64,000 nt of DNA. Source: Candidatus Kerfeldbacteria bacterium (GTDB lineage Bacteria; Patescibacteriota; Patescibacteriia; UBA10025; JAHIVO01). Where the stretch lies: contig CP181398.1 in the NCBI GenBank assembly GCA_047946875.1, forward strand, positions 1,169,329-1,233,328, given 5' to 3'. This document shows positions 62,357 through 64,000 of the stretch, in pieces; within the stretch, counting starts at the first letter, position 1, and every line of letters begins with the position of its first letter. The notes below the pieces were generated by a model, which was not told the DNA's origin, made no database searches, and worked only from the letters and a program-made list of their open reading frames with translations. The translations under genes were made by a program, and so were the position numbers.

Positions 62357-62507
62357 AAGAACATATTACTCAATATTCTTCTTACGTAAAAATGGTTTAT
62401 AAGGTTTAATCTCAAGTTTATTATCTTATCATAGGATTTTGGTTTGTCAATAAAAAGTCCTACTAATTAACTTAGTATCTCTTTCATATATTGTTAATTA
62501 TTTTATT

Positions 62508-63197
62508 TTACCAGTCTTTTGCTTTTAGTCCTGCCTCTGCTGCATCCATTTGTGCTTCTTGTTTTGAAGTGCCTTCTCCTTTTGCAATCAAATTGTTATT
62601 TAAGTAGACACCAATAACAAAAAGTTTGTTATGATCCGGACCATCTTCTGATATTACTTTATAGGCAGGAGTTGCTCCTTGTTTTTCTTGACTTAGTTCT
62701 TGGAAGCGACTTTTTGGATCAAGATATAATTGGTTATCTAGAATATTTTTTAATTTACTTATAATATGTTTATGGATAAATTTCTCTACTACATCATATC
62801 CTTGATCTAAATAAATAGCACCGATTAATGCTTCTGTCGCGTTAGCTAAAATATATTGTCTTGCCTTACTGTTTGTATCTTTAGACTCTCCTTTTGATAG
62901 AAATAAAAATTCATCTAGTCCTGTCTCATCAGCGATAGTGGCTAACATTTTTGAGTTAACTAGACTAGCGCGCCAGTTAGTGAGGTCGCCTTCTGGATTC
63001 TCAAATTTTTTGTAAAGATGATCAGTAACAATTAATTCTAAAACGGCGTCACCAAGAAATTCTAGGCGTTCATTATGATCCAATTTAAAATCAGAGTGTT
63101 CGTTTAAATATGAACGATGCACCATGGCTTGTTTAAGAAGATCTAGATTATCAAATTTTATATCTAGTTTGTCTCCCAGTTTTTTTATGTTATCCAT
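62508..63197 (-). CDS. rnc: ribonuclease III
   Basis: NERLEFLGDAVL signature plus a C-terminal dsRBD. Confidence 0.95.
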   Translation of the reverse strand: MDNIKKLGDKLDIKFDNLDLLKQAMVHRSYLNEHSDFKLDHNERLEFLGDAVLELIVTDHLYKKFENPEGDLTNWRASLVNSKMLATIADETGLDEFLFLSKGESKDTNSKARQYILANATEALIGAIYLDQGYDVVEKFIHKHIISKLKNILDNQLYLDPKSRFQELSQEKQGATPAYKVISEDGPDHNKLFVIGVYLNNNLIAKGEGTSKQEAQMDAAEAGLKAKDW

Positions 63198-63271
63198 AGG
63201 ATGATGTATTGATTACATCAGCTTGACTGAACACTTTCCTAAAATAGGCTTGCCTTCATTTAAGCTGATAA

Positions 63272-63757
63272 TTATTTAGTTGTTGAAGCTGCTTTTATTT
63301 CTTTTTTTGTATCAGACTCAGTAATTGGAGCATCGCCTATTTTTACCATGTCTTTGTAGATAGTCCCAAGGACTCCATTGATAAATTTACCTGATGATTC
63401 ACCACCAAATGTTTTGGCAAGTTCGATTGCTTCATTGATGGCTACTTTTGGAGGAATCTCACCTTTTGAAAATTTTAATTCATAAATACCGATACGCAGA
63501 ACGTTTCGATCTACCACCGTTATTTGATCAAGAGGCCATTCAGGAGCGTACTTAGTAATTAAGTCGTTAATCTCAACGATATTATTCGTAACACCTTTAA
63601 TTACATGAGTAACAAAACCGTTGTCCAGAAATTCTGGAGCAAATTCTTTAAGATTTTTTTCAGCAATTTTTTCTAATTTACTTTTATCAAGCTGATTAAA
63701 ATCCCATTCGTATAAAGATTGCATGGCAATAGTACGCGAAAGATGTCGATTAGACAT
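63272..63757 (-). CDS. nusB: transcription antitermination factor NusB
   Basis: [13 protein letters not shown]... NusB fold pattern. Confidence 0.9.
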   Translation of the reverse strand: MSNRHLSRTIAMQSLYEWDFNQLDKSKLEKIAEKNLKEFAPEFLDNGFVTHVIKGVTNNIVEINDLITKYAPEWPLDQITVVDRNVLRIGIYELKFSKGEIPPKVAINEAIELAKTFGGESSGKFINGVLGTIYKDMVKIGDAPITESDTKKEIKAASTTK

Positions 63758-63770
63758 AAGATTTTAAGGT

Positions 63771-64000
63771 TTATTTATTTTTTGCTTTATCTTCTTTCTT
63801 TTTTGTTTTCTTCTTTTTACGAGTTTCTTTGACATCCAACATCAAAATATCTCGTCCTTTGTAGTAGCCACATGATTTGCAGATACGATGAGTAAGAATT
63901 GGTTTTTTACATTTTGGACAGACAGAAAGCTGTTTTTTATCTAAAGCAAAATGTGATGCTCTTTCTCTTTTCTGTTGTTTAGTTCTTCTTTTTACTTGTA
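63771..64000 (-). CDS. rpmF: 50S ribosomal protein L32 with K-rich tail; N-terminus beyond the window end
   Basis: Own translation: ..VKRRTKQQKRERASHFALDKKQLSVCPKCKKPILTHRICKSCGYYKGRDILMLDVKETRKKKKTKKKEDKAKNK. Confidence 0.85.
   Translation of the reverse strand, partial: QVKRRTKQQKRERASHFALDKKQLSVCPKCKKPILTHRICKSCGYYKGRDILMLDVKETRKKKKTKKKEDKAKNK

Overview
64-kb window from an AT-rich, gene-dense bacterial genome. All coordinates, translations and folds were done by eye; no search or folding tool was run. The content fits a Candidate Phyla Radiation / Patescibacteria-type organism (inference only): translation and RNA-processing core genes, almost no biosynthesis apart from a small higher-GC pyrimidine island, many N-terminally anchored N/T-rich surface proteins, an H+-PPase, lipid re-acylation enzymes, and a lone 16S rRNA gene not followed by 23S. 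I call about 70 CDS, one 16S rRNA and 11 intact tRNAs. The most unusual signals are at DNA/RNA level. (1) Most tRNA genes here (8 of 11) have decayed partial copies of themselves nearby. For tRNA-Pro and tRNA-Arg, a complete tRNA flanked by short inverted repeats sits inside the D-loop of an older, split copy. tRNA-Lys has a GIY-YIG ORF between tRNA direct repeats. (2) Families of short GC-rich hairpin elements occur in intergenic DNA, in the dead tRNA copies, and in frame inside nusA, trmD and possibly the KH protein. One filled-site versus empty-site pair is visible. (3) A roughly 110-nt structured spacer with compensatory base changes precedes six tRNAs. (4) Left of tRNA-His lies a series of segments bounded by tRNA-His-3'-end-like repeats, carrying a conserved promoter/5'UTR module and surface-protein genes. 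(5) Three fibre-like secreted paralogues share a near-identical N-terminal half but have unrelated C-terminal heads. (6) An ATP-grasp/QEGLA fusion gene sits next to a PKD-7TM gene. (7) A very strong promoter drives a ~390-nt untranslated unit with terminator/antiterminator potential upstream of rnhB. No CRISPR array, reverse transcriptase, transposase or known defence system was recognised.
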